Assembly (NCBI RefSeq): GCF_001194135.2
Contig: NC_068990.1
Coordinates: forward strand, 84,097,634 to 84,161,633
Direction of reading: 5' to 3'
DNA from: Octopus bimaculoides
Taxonomy: Eukaryota
Length of the DNA stretch: 64,000 nt
Numbering within the stretch: the stretch's first letter is position 1; each line of letters opens with the position of its first letter. The notes beneath the pieces were generated by a model. That model made no database searches. It was given only the letters and a program-made list of their open reading frames with translations, and was not told the origin of the DNA. Shown piece by piece: positions 12,592-25,100 of this stretch. A program made the translations under genes and the position numbers.

Positions 12592-15500
12592 NNNNNNNNN
12601 NNNNNNNNNNNNNNNNNNNNNNNNNNNNNNNNNNNNNNNNNNNNNNNNNNNNNNNNNNNNNNNNNNNNNNNNNNNNNNNNNNNNNNNNNNNNNNNNNNNN
12701 NNNNNNNNNNNNNNNNNNNNNNNNNNNNNNNNNNNNNNNNNNNNNNNNNNNNNNNNNNNNNNNNNNNNNNNNNNNNNNNNNNNNNNNNNNNNNNNNNNNN
12801 NNNNNNNNNNNNNNNNNNNNNNNNNNNNNNNNNNNNNNNNNNNNNNNNNNNNNNNNNNNNNNNNNNNNNNNNNNNNNNNNNNNNNNNNNNNNNNNNNNNN
12901 NNNNNNNNNNNNNNNNNNNNNNNNNNNNNNNNNNNNNNNNNNNNNNNNNNNNNNNNNNNNTTTTTTTTTTTTTTTTTTTTTTTTTAATATTCTAAATTCA
13001 AATGCAACTGAAGTAGTAGTCTGTGTTTTCCATCAATCGGAAGAGCTAATAAAATATACAAGACTAATATACTGGGGTTGGCTTCTCAGACACAAATCTA
13101 GCCTTGGATACTCAGGTTAAATAAGGGAAATTGTAGAGGAGCTGTCAGTTTCCATTTTAAGACCTGAAGCCTCATTGAAAAATACACATGCGCACGCATG
13201 CATTTGTGTGTGTTGGGTTTATACATATTATCCAAGCACATTGAGTTTTGTCATGTTCAATGTATGAAATCTCACCTGCTTGGCATATTGCCTGTTTAAA
13301 ATTTTACCTCAAGATGGTGCATTTTATGTTATGATGTAATCTATGGATACAGCAATAAAATTCTACTGAAACAGCTGTCATAAATCTTAAATGCCATTTG
13401 TGTTCTTTATATATATCAAAAGGATGTGTTATAATACTATTCCACAGCCATACCAACAATCCAACATACCTCCATCATCAGCTGCCCCACGGATATCATT
13501 ATGGTTTCGACACCTGGGCATTACCATTCAATCCGACAGTGTCAACAGCACTAAAATAAGTGTTGTTTGGGAACAAAGAAACCACAACTTTCAAACACAT
13601 TTACCCTGTGTACCAACCATATCAATAAATAAATTCAATAAGTAAATTACAACCACTCCTAAACAAGTAACTAAACAACAACAACAACAACTCTATTAAG
13701 CCATACAAAATTATAATCCGTACCATCTTCTGTAGTACGATATAAAAGTTAAAGCTTAATAACCACATTATTTCAATCAATCAATATATAGGCAGGATTA
13801 AACACTAACTTTAATGAAACTACAACAAAGGGACATACAAAGCAATGTACATTGTATCTGTATTAATAGTAAACTGCAATAACAAAATTATATGCTAAAC
13901 TGCAACCAATCTTTAAGTCCATACAAATAATAATCCCACCGGTCTTCCATAGATATTACTATAATGAAAGTTAAAGTCTTATAAAAATCTCTCCAAAACA
14001 AAACATGATACAAATTAATTTAAAAGGCGGGCGAGCTGGCAGAAACGTTAGCACTCCGGGTGAAATGCTTAACGGTATTCATCTGCCGTTACATTCTGAG
14101 TTCAAATTCCGCCAAGGTCAACTTTGCCTTTCATCCTTTTGGGGTCGATAAATTAAGTACCAGTTATGCACTGTGGGTCGATGTAATCGACTTAATCCCT
14201 TTGTCTGTCCTTCTTTGTCCCCTCTATGTTTAGCCCCTTGTGGGCAATACAGAAATAAGAAATTAATTTAATATTTTTATGAGTGAAATACATTGTTTCA
14301 TCATTCGAAAGTTAATAATAAAACACTACATACTCATTACTATATCACCACTACACGCTATAATATTAAATTACCAATAACTAATATAAACATTAAATTT
14401 CATTAAATAAGAACTAATAAAAGTACTTCTAATTAACTATTATTATAAATCTTGCTATGTTTAAAGCTAATTAAACTGTTTAATAAAACTACAAGTATTA
14501 ACACTTACATGTTTAATCAAACACAAGGTTCCTTCACCAAGAATTTAAAAGGCCAACTAAATATTTATGACACAGTGTGTAATTACTTTCTCAACTGTCT
14601 CAATATTGGTGACATAGTAAGCAAATAACTCGAATCGTAAACCTTTCAAATCCTTAAATATTTGCTAAGCTGAAGACTAGATATTACCCAATATTTATAT
14701 AAAATTACAAGGTTCCCACCTAAACAGCGATTAAAAGTTTTAACCAACTTACCATATTTATACCCTTGTTTTACTAAATGCCTTAACAGTTAATTTATTC
14801 TTTCCAAAAATTTATTAGCATTATTAATAAAAGTACTATATCTAACAATTTGCCCTGCAAAAACACCATAACCAATAAAAGAAAGAATTTTACTACTGAC
14901 CCATGGCACTGAAGCCACTTGGAAATCAAAATTTGTTTTATTATAAATGTCAGTACATATTTCATTATTACCTTTAATTACTCAAATGACATCTAAATAA
15001 CTAATATTTTTTATATTATTACCATTTCTGGTGGCTATAAGCTCACTAGAGTATATTTTATCTGAGTAAAAATTCAAAGAAACCATAATTAGGTATAAAC
15101 ATATCATCTATGTATCTGCAGACAATTTGTTGTTGACAGGGAAATGACAAACTTCACTGCTTGTGGTTCAGCATGGTTTCAATCAAAGTATGCAAGACAT
15201 AAACATTCAAAATATTTAATATCAAATGCGATTGCTTAGTTTGTGAAGTTTCACCATTAAAAGTAACTTCTCAAAAAAGACAAAATTTTATCTAATTATA
15301 GCAGTTTAGTTTTTTTTAAGTGTGGAAGGTAGTACTGAATGCAGGTATAACGAGAGGTGGAAGGGAATAGTAATGGTTGAACAAACAAAAGGGAGGAAAT
15401 GCAGTGAGGTCATCATATACTGAGAGCTTATGTAGCCATGCAGTGTATCACTTTCCTATTGTATTAATATTCCAGGTATAGTGTGCCTGTGATAAACAGG

Positions 15501-16562
15501 AAATGACAGACTGCTGTTACTTATCTGCTATAGTAGTTTGAAGAATTTTATGTAATCAACTACCGTATGACTAAACATAAAACATTTGGGCTACAGAAGA
15601 TTACTAATTATATTCAGCTGTAAGGATTTACATGTTTAAGAAGTCTAAGGGTTTGAAATGTTGCAATGAATTATGTACAAGTGTTGTACTTAATAGATGA
15701 GATGAGTCCTGAACTACTTAATAATTGCTTTGTAAAGAATATCTTGCTGTTTTCTAATATGCAAAGTTGGCACACTTTGTTTTGTTTTGTTTTTTTAATT
15801 TCATTTGTATGATTTGACCCTTGACAGAATCTTCTATGAAATGTTAAAATTTGTTTAGTCTTTGAGAAGCTATAAATATTTTGATTGTGGAAGTACTAGC
15901 TTTTTCTGTGAGGAGCAGGGCGTTAAGTGAAAAGACCTGTTGGTAACATCTTTGTTTATAGATACATGCATTGAAGCCAATATAGAAACAAAACCATGAA
16001 ACTAATCAATATAGCCTTGTGGGTATGTTCTTGGTTATGCAATGTCCTTTAAGTGAGTATAAGTTGCTGTTAGAGTAATTTCAGTTATGCGGAGGATTTA
16101 CATTGTCAGAGTGGATATTTTTTAGTTTGGTTGCACTAAAGAAAATCTTTGATTAAAAAATAATGATAAAATTGAATGTCATATAACAATCATAAAATCC
16201 TTTTCGTTTTTTCTAATAACATTGTTATGAATCTGTAACTAGATATTAATGCTTGATGCCACAATGAAACTAAGTGACAGACATGGTAATAAATGAAATA
16301 TTTAGTATTCTTTAAATAACAATAATTAATAATAAATGTCTCAAGTTTTGGCATAAGGTTAGCAATTTTAAGGGAAATGGGTAAGTCAATTACATAGAAC
16401 TTAGTATTTGACTACTGCTTTATTTTACTGGCCCTGAAAGGATGAAAGGCAAAGCTGACCTCAGCAGGATTCGAGCCCAACACATAAAGAGCTAGAAGAA
16501 CTACCACTAAGCATTTTATTCAATGGACTAACAATTCTGTTAGCCTCAGCAGCAGCAGCAAC

Positions 16563-16621
<59 letters not shown>

Positions 16622-19154
16622 CAGCAGCAGCAGTAGCAGTAGTAGATTCTAACAGGTATAAGGCTAGAAATTTAGCAAGGAGAGGCTAAGTTGATGAATC
16701 CCATTTCAGCAGTTGACTGGTACTTATTTTATTGATCCCCTCAGAGGGATGAAGTTCAAAGCTGGCTCTGGCAAAGCATAAAAAACCAAAACGAATACCA
16801 TAAGGCACTCTTAAGTAGTCTGCTAATCTGCAACCCTCTTTAAATAATAATAATAATAAAAAAATTAAATGCTAACTCATTAATTGATTATACATATTTA
16901 AATGCAGTCAATATTTTCCCTTGAGTTGTAGTGGTGACATTCAGTATAGAATTATCTGCAAAGAGGAGTTCACAGACAGTGATGGTTTGGACAGCACATT
17001 CAGCTTTGAAGCATGTGAGATTATGATAGCTGCCATCTATTCAGTAATGGATACATACACCTGCAGAGTTATCTCTGACGGCATCTGTAAGCACTGCTTA
17101 GAACATCATACTGAACAGTGTTAAAGCTAGTATATGATTCTGTTGTACAGTATTGCTGACTGGAAAGTCTGCTAATGTTTCATCATTATCATCATCATCA
17201 TCATCAAGGACATGAGCCTTTGAACCATTGTGAAACAGGCCTGATAATGGATGGTTGATTTATCCGAGTAGCTAAATGTAGGCATAATCATCCAGAGACT
17301 TTTATAGCTCACAGTGTCAAATGCCTTGGTTATATGTACAAATGTGGTGTATAGATATTGGTGTAGTTCTTAGTATTTCTCCTGTTGTTGTCTCACAGTA
17401 AATGCCCTGTTTATGGAGCCATAGCTCTTTTGGAAACTACAAGAACTCTCTGAGAGCAGGCTCTTCTCAAGGTGTTTGATGAGATACTTCAGAACTCTGG
17501 CAAAGATCTTCCTAGCAGTGAACAATAGGCAGAGGCCATAATGGTTGTACTTGTAGATGTGAATTATTGAAGCAGCTTTGAATTTCTTGGTTCCATAAAG
17601 ATAAGAATATTTGCATCAACTTTTGTTGAAGAATGGCTCCTAAATTTCTGCTGGTATGGCATTTGATCCAAAAGCTTTGCCACAGGATAGTTGCTTAATG
17701 GCTTTTGCTACTTCAATGTCAGAGGGATGATTGTCGAGTTTGGAGCTGGTTTTCACTTGGTGCAGTCATCAGAGGCCAATCAGGGACTGTGCCTTAGTTT
17801 TCTGCCTATCTTTCTATATTTTTGAATATTTTCTGTACAAACCTATTGTCAACAGCCAAGGATTATTAAATAAACTATCACAATCATGAACCAGATGTAA
17901 TAGTTGATTGGTGGACTTTTGGAATAGCTATCACTACTTCATAGAAAAAAGTACCAGTGAAAGTTTACCAAAAGAAGGGCATGGAATTGGAAGACAAAAA
18001 TATTTAAAAGTTTAATGTCTTGGACAAAAATTTCTTTCACAGAAGGAAACAATCACTCAATTCCAAGCCCTTTCTTTCTCTATGAGGTAGTGGTAACTAT
18101 TCTGAAAGTCTGCTGATTGACTATTACACCTGTCTCACTAAGATAATTTATAATCCTTCAGTAAATAAGAAACTGGCTGTCAATAAACGGAAAGTACTAT
18201 ATTTTCCCTATGATACAATAACTGACAATCAAATAATATCTAATATCTAACTCTTTACACTACAAGACTTCTTTATTGGTTAATGCCTATATTTTCGTGG
18301 GGAAAATTTCACTGGAATTCACAGATTTGTTTATTATGATTCGGTCTTCACTTTGTCAAAATAGGAACAGAAGAGAAACCACTGATAAATTGAATATTAC
18401 ACCATCTTTACCAGAATTCTTCACATTGTTAGCCCACCAATCATTGTCTCTTCCATCAATGGCTACTTTTGATTAATGAAACAGAAACATTGAAGTACAG
18501 GCCTGGTTGTACACCTGTACAACACCTGAATCTAACTTTTAGTCAAGGACAATGCCAGATGAGGTATCTGAGTGGAGCAGTGTACCTGTCAAATGGTACT
18601 GTAAGCATGTGAAGTTGAGCCTAACAAATAACAAAAACCTATAAACCAATGAGGGAGCCCCTATGTAGCCATTCAACCAACTAGATGTAGTAACCAAATT
18701 CCCTCAAATAACCCTACTCTCTTTAAAAAAAAAAGAACAAAAAACACACACACATTTGACAATCTGTTTCCTAATATGGTTTTGGATGGAATGTCTTTGA
18801 TCATAAGGTTTACTCAGTTAATGCAGATTTAGGGCTAAATAACAAATTCTTATGAATTATGCTTGCTCAATCAAAATTCTTGATGCATATATAGAGAGCA
18901 AAATTGTCTCCGACTGATATTTTCTATGATGCAATAAGCATTGTTATAAGGTGCTAAAAGTTACCCTGGACAAATGACTTGAAGCAAAAAGTGCCCAAAG
19001 GGGTGTCACACTCAGACCCTTCAGTATTAGCTCTTACTGATTTCTTATCAAACAAATTTTTTTGAAAGTATTACATAGTGTCATTTAAGGGGATGGCAGA
19101 ATACAAAAGGCTACATTTAATAAATATCTAAATTTAAATTAAAAAAACTCTCTC

Positions 19155-19190
<36 letters not shown>

Positions 19191-21731
19191 GCTAAGAAAC
19201 TTACTGAGTGATACTGTTTCAAAATATGATGCATCTGTTCAACTTCTTCGCTGACCAATGTCTTGATAAAATATTTCTTATCTTGTGACAATAGCATGCG
19301 GGCACCACTACGACCAGGTGAATCCATCTCAACAGGCTGCTTTGTCAAGGAATTCTGAAAATTAAGAAATGAAACTGAATAATTTTAGAAATGGAATTGA
19401 CACTGGAGTAAATAAAACAGTTTGAAAATAAACAGGCAGTTGGAAACATTGTTTTTTGAACAAATGATATGACAGGTTGAAAATAGATGAATACATAGTA
19501 AATCTGTGCTAAAAGAAAATAGTTGAGAATATTTCTAAACATAAAGAGATGAAAGAGACAAGATTTTGTTTTTTTTTCATTTCATTTGTTTTGTTACATT
19601 TTATGAGAGATAAATTATTATATAGATAGTGCAGCAATGATCAAATAAACAGAAAAGTGGAAATATTAAGTTTGATGGGAAATCAGCACTTCAAATGTAT
19701 AAGAGCACTGAAGACTTTGTACTGTTTTAAAAGTTTACTAAAAGCAGACATTGTTCTATGACTAGAGCACACTAATTAAAGCTAAAATTATAGCAAATGA
19801 TAACACAGTTTCTATGATTGATGGTAAAGTACAAAGAACTTCTGGCTGTGTTGGTGATTATGTTATTTTCTTTCCTTATGAAGAGTCAGCTGTCTTTTCA
19901 AGTGTAACAATGAATGGTAGCAATGAAAATAGAGAATTTGAGCTGAAGGGAATAAGCAGGGTGGATAAGCAACGAGAAGTGTAGATGAGCAGCAGGAGAG
20001 GGTTATAAGAGTAGACAAGCAACTGGAGGGGACAGGCAGGCTAGATAAGCATCTGAGCAAATGTGAAGGTTGGATAAGCAATTGGAAGAAATGAGAAGGG
20101 TAGACAAGCAATTGGGCGGGAAGAGATAAGCAACGAATAACTGAGGGAGGTAAAAATGAGATTAGAAAGTGATTATAGCTAATGTATGCATTGGTGTGCA
20201 TAAAAGACAAATGCACTTACAGTGGTGTGCCGGGGATGATTGGAAAAGATTGGGGGGAAATTTTAGGAAAATATTTTTGAGGAAAATATAAATGGATAAA
20301 TGGTAAAGTCAATACAGCATCATTAGAAATTACCAAAATTAATTTTAAATTTCCTCCACTGCAGAATTCTTTTCATGACTAATGTAAAATATTATTTTAT
20401 TCTCATTTCTTTAAGATGTATGTAAAATAATTTTTTTGAAAATTTCTTATTAGACATGGTTTCTTGAAGAACAAATATGAAATTATACCACACATGAAAT
20501 TTCAAAAAAAAATAATTTCTAACATTAGCACAAGGAATATAGGGGACTCAGTGAATTAAAGTAAGTCAGCACTTGACTAGTACTTTATGTTATTGATTTC
20601 CAGGAAAAGGTGAAAATTCACAGTGGCTGGAATTAAACTGAAAATTTAAAGAGATGTAGGAAAATGTTTTTAAGTCTCTGACTGATGGTTTAACAACTTT
20701 ACTCAACCATTGCGCAAGAATACTGATACAGTAAAAGAAATTGCACCACTTGGAAAACAAAACCAGGCAACAGTGTACTGTGTTTATATTTTGATTTACC
20801 ACCAAGTCTCTCTCATGTAATAGTTTAAAGGTGAGATTTACAATGCAAATAGAATGGTAATTTTTCCAATGTGAAACAAAGAATAGCAATTCCAATAATC
20901 TTCAAATATCAAAACTTTGATGACTGAAGATAAAGAATTAAGTTTTTAAAACAAAAGCACTGCAACATTGTAAGGATATTATGGCTCAGTACTGATGAAG
21001 GAAAATATATAAATAAAGATTTATCTTTGGCAGACTACATACATTGTATCAAACATAGAAAGAAGTGCAGTTCCTTTAGATATTCATGACCAAACTGAAG
21101 AAATCCAATTGAATGTGTCTTGCACTGGGTAATACTATTTGCAAAACTTCACAATTTTGAGTGCATCATAATGGATGTATCAAACAGTACTGAGTATATA
21201 GGTCAAGAATTTTAAAATATTCTTTCAATACTATCTCGAGTTTGGGTAAATCCAGAAAACAGGAGAAAGACATTACATTTAAGGATAAGTTAGAAAGGTT
21301 AAATAGAAGATGTAGGAACTTAGACTATTTAAGTGTTGATCTCCTTCCAAAATTATTTCCAAATTCAAAAGAGCAAAATTTCTGTGCATGAACAATACTT
21401 ATTTTAATAAAACTTACATAATGAGGAGGAAAAAGGTTAAGTAACATGAGATTAGATTGAAAGATCATATAACAATAGATTTGTGAACCTTATAACACTT
21501 CTCATTAATAATTCTTGATGTTTTAGATATATTATGAGACAGTAATGACAAAGTGAAAACTTAGAATGAGGTGGGTTTTGTCTTGCTCGTAACCTGGTGA
21601 CTGCACTGGTGCCACATAAAAAGCACCCAGTACACTTTGTGAAGTGGTTGGCATTAGGAAGGGCATCCAAAGTTCCAGGCTGATCAATGCCTTGGGAGTC
21701 AATTTAATAGACAGAAACTGTGTGGAAGTGC

Positions 21732-21767
<36 letters not shown>

Positions 21768-22152
21768 CATGCACACACCAGCATGGGTGCAGTCCAATGA
21801 CTTAAACAAGTAAAAGATGAAGGAAAAAAAAGAATCACACCACATAATACAACATAACTAACACAAAAAACAACTACTTTAGCATAAAGAGCAACAGAAA
21901 GAAAAAATAACACCTTCCAACATTTCTATTTGCAAATTACATTGTCAGTAGTTGTTAATGATTGTTTATTTTACATAATGCATTTTTACAAACAATATCA
22001 TTGTTGGTTTTATGGCTTTAATGATCCAGTCACTGGTTCACAGGATTTCTGAAGGAAAGAATCACAAAGAACTACATTCGTGACATGAGTGGTATAAATA
22101 CCATGAGGTATTTTTGTTTGAATGCATCACTTCATTAACAATCTTCTTGCTG

Positions 22153-22183
<31 letters not shown>

Positions 22184-25100
22184 TGTGCACACACACACAC
22201 ACATTCGTATATGGCAGGTTTCCACACAGTTTTATCTACCACATTTCACTGATCCAAGCTTTTCAGTTGGTCCACCCACCATATCTATATTAGAATATGC
22301 TTGCCTAGGGAACTGGTGTAGTGAGATCAAAGCTAGAACCACATGATTGCAAATCAAACCTTGTAATCACACATGCATACCAGCTTCCAGCTGCTCAGCT
22401 TTAATCAAGACCTTTTGATAAATGTGTATCAGTAGTGGACTAGTCCTTTTATTTACAGAGGGTATAATATGCTACATATCCATCTTGTTTCTAAGTCAAA
22501 AATGTGGCTCTTATTTCTAGCTCAATCAACATTGTAAGGGCTTCCTTGTCAATTGTTTATCCAGATGGTATATAAATCTGAACAAATCAATATTTCATAT
22601 CATTCACATAGAAAGAGGCAGCAAAGTTTACAGAAACAGTAGATTGCAAGACTAAATTGTTTTCAATGTTAATGGCCTTTCAACACTCCACAATCAATAG
22701 ATTAAGAACTAGTGATATGATACAGACAATTCAGTTCACTATACTCAACTAAAAAGAAAACAAAAACATTGACCTTTGGCTTCATCAAAAGAAACCAATA
22801 TTACAGCTATAGAATTCTAGTTAGTTAGTTTTTAGCCTTGATTTTGATGCTCTATAAAATGATTTCACTAATAGAAGAAAGAGGTCTTCACAAAAGACAT
22901 CAACATAAGTCTCCTTTTCTTTTCTCCACAAGGCTTTGTTTAACATATAATTATTATCATATTAAAAGTATTTTAACTTTTAGCAAACAAAGACACGTGC
23001 CAGCAGATTTTCTGGAATCTTTTGATCTAATTTTATAGAAGAGAAAAACTCTCCCAATAAACACCTCACCAAGTTTAATATGGGAAATATATACTTAAAT
23101 CCACAGTTAACTCTACACCAAAGTATACTTAACAACATCGCTATAATCATTCCAATGGTCAATATAGGCTCTACACTACTTCATGGTTGGATAGTTAGAG
23201 GTAATGAGAGTACAAAGCAATAAGTACAGCAAACCAGTGAAGTAGTCTCTACATCAGGGGTGGAGAAACTTTTTAGTGCAGTGGCCAAAGATTTCCAAAA
23301 GAAAAGGTCTGCAGGCGGATCACAAGTTCTGATTCTTATGTTTGTGTAGATCTTGTATATATTTATGTATAATTCGATATACATTAATAAAGATAAGTTT
23401 AACACATTAAGTTAACACGTAACATCATTAACGCTACCACTGAATTTAGGACTTTATATTACTTATGTGGTATTCTTTATTTTTCAGCTAGAGTGTAGTG
23501 GGGTTTCAAGGGGGTGGTACAAACCTAGCAATATGTGTTTTATAGTGAAAACAAAATTTACATTCAAATGGCAAGTGCTGGACGATTTTCTGTTTGAGTT
23601 TAACCATTTTAAGTCGTATTGGAAATGCGACCTATGTTGCAAAGAGGCATACGAGTATTGAATAAATTTTATGATTGAAAAATTGACTATATTTTGTACA
23701 TTCGAGTATGCCAGCCTATGGACAAGAGTATCCCAATAAGCCTATGTGATTGAAGGATGAGCTAGAAATAACAGCCAATCTGCACTGAGTTATGGAACCG
23801 GATGGAAGTAATTATTGAGTTATTGATGTCAGAGTTAGAATCAGCAAAAAACAAATCCCAACTGACTGACTAAATGTAAAATTACAATATACTACAAATT
23901 TAACAATTTTTGTCTGTACTAAAAATAAATCAGATCTAAGGGATTCTATGAAAGAGGATCGATCTGGTAGGGGCAACTCTGCTTCTAACAACAAAATGCA
24001 AATTATGGATTTGGGTTTTTTATTTAACTTCTTTTCTACAATATTTTTTTGATAAATTTTGTCAGGAAAAATTTTCAATCTTTCAAAATCTTTTATGTTG
24101 TAATTCACTTACATTTTGTATTTAAACATCTTTTTGTATTGTTTGAATATAAAACTTAAGTAAATTTAAAATATAACAAAGGGTCATTTCTTCTAAAATA
24201 ACCATTTGCTAAGTTGGTTTAGATTTTTATTTTTTTCATTTTACTTTGATGTATTTTAGATTTCTGATCTGGGGAAAAAAGATATTCTTTCACAGTATTT
24301 TTATAGTTTATTTCTTTCACATACCCTTTAACTTTGCAGTCTTCTTTTTTGATAAAACCGATCCTTATTTTAAAATTTTATCTTTGTAAAATTGTTTCTA
24401 ACTTCCTTGATAATGAGATAGCAATGGCCTTTAAACCCAAACTTAAGGTGCTAAGAAAAATCACCTGGTAGTTCACAATGGCCATATATGTTGGGTACTT
24501 TCAATCAATATAAGAAATATAGAATTTAATCAAAACAAATAGGGGTGCTGGAATCGGAGCTGGTGTAAAAAGAATTGACGAAGCAGAGTCAAAGGTTCTG
24601 TGTATCAAATCCGCAGCACTGCTCAGTGACTTAATATACACAATAACTAAGATGACAATATAACATGCTCGGGAAAAGACAAAATAGTCAAATCTAAAAT
24701 GATGGTCAGACAATAGTGGTTAATCACAAAAAATTCATAGCAGTTGAACATCAAAAGGTCTTGTGGCTGAAAAAAATGATAGATGTAAAGCTAAAATTCT
24801 TTTTTTCTTTAATCTCACTATAGTGGAGGGCTCAATGCTTTTGACATACAGAAGTCCTAGAACATCATCATCATCATCATCATTTAACGTCTGCTTTCCA
24901 TGCTAGCATGGGTTGGACGATTTGACTGAGGACTGGTGAGCCAGATGGCTAGACCAGGTTCCAATCTGATTTGGCAGAGTTTCTACGGCTGGATGCCCTT
25001 CCTAACGCCAACCACTCTGAGAGTGTAGTGGGTGCTTTTACATGCCACCGGCACGAAGGCCAGTCAGGAGGTACTGGCAACGGCCACGCTTGAAATGGTG

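Noticed and set aside
13470-13520. CTGATGA and GAAA on the minus strand suggesting a hammerhead ribozyme
   Set aside because: Stems II and III and the NUH cleavage triplet cannot be formed around the cores
13650-16150. G-poor AT-rich stretch followed by a G/T-rich stretch, reminiscent of a mitochondrial insertion or a skew switch
   Set aside because: No recognisable mitochondrial gene, tRNA or rRNA motif; skew cannot be quantified by eye
19935-20135. CRISPR-like repeat/spacer interpretation of the motif array
   Set aside because: Eukaryotic intron; repeats only ~9 nt, degenerate and irregularly spaced; no cas genes
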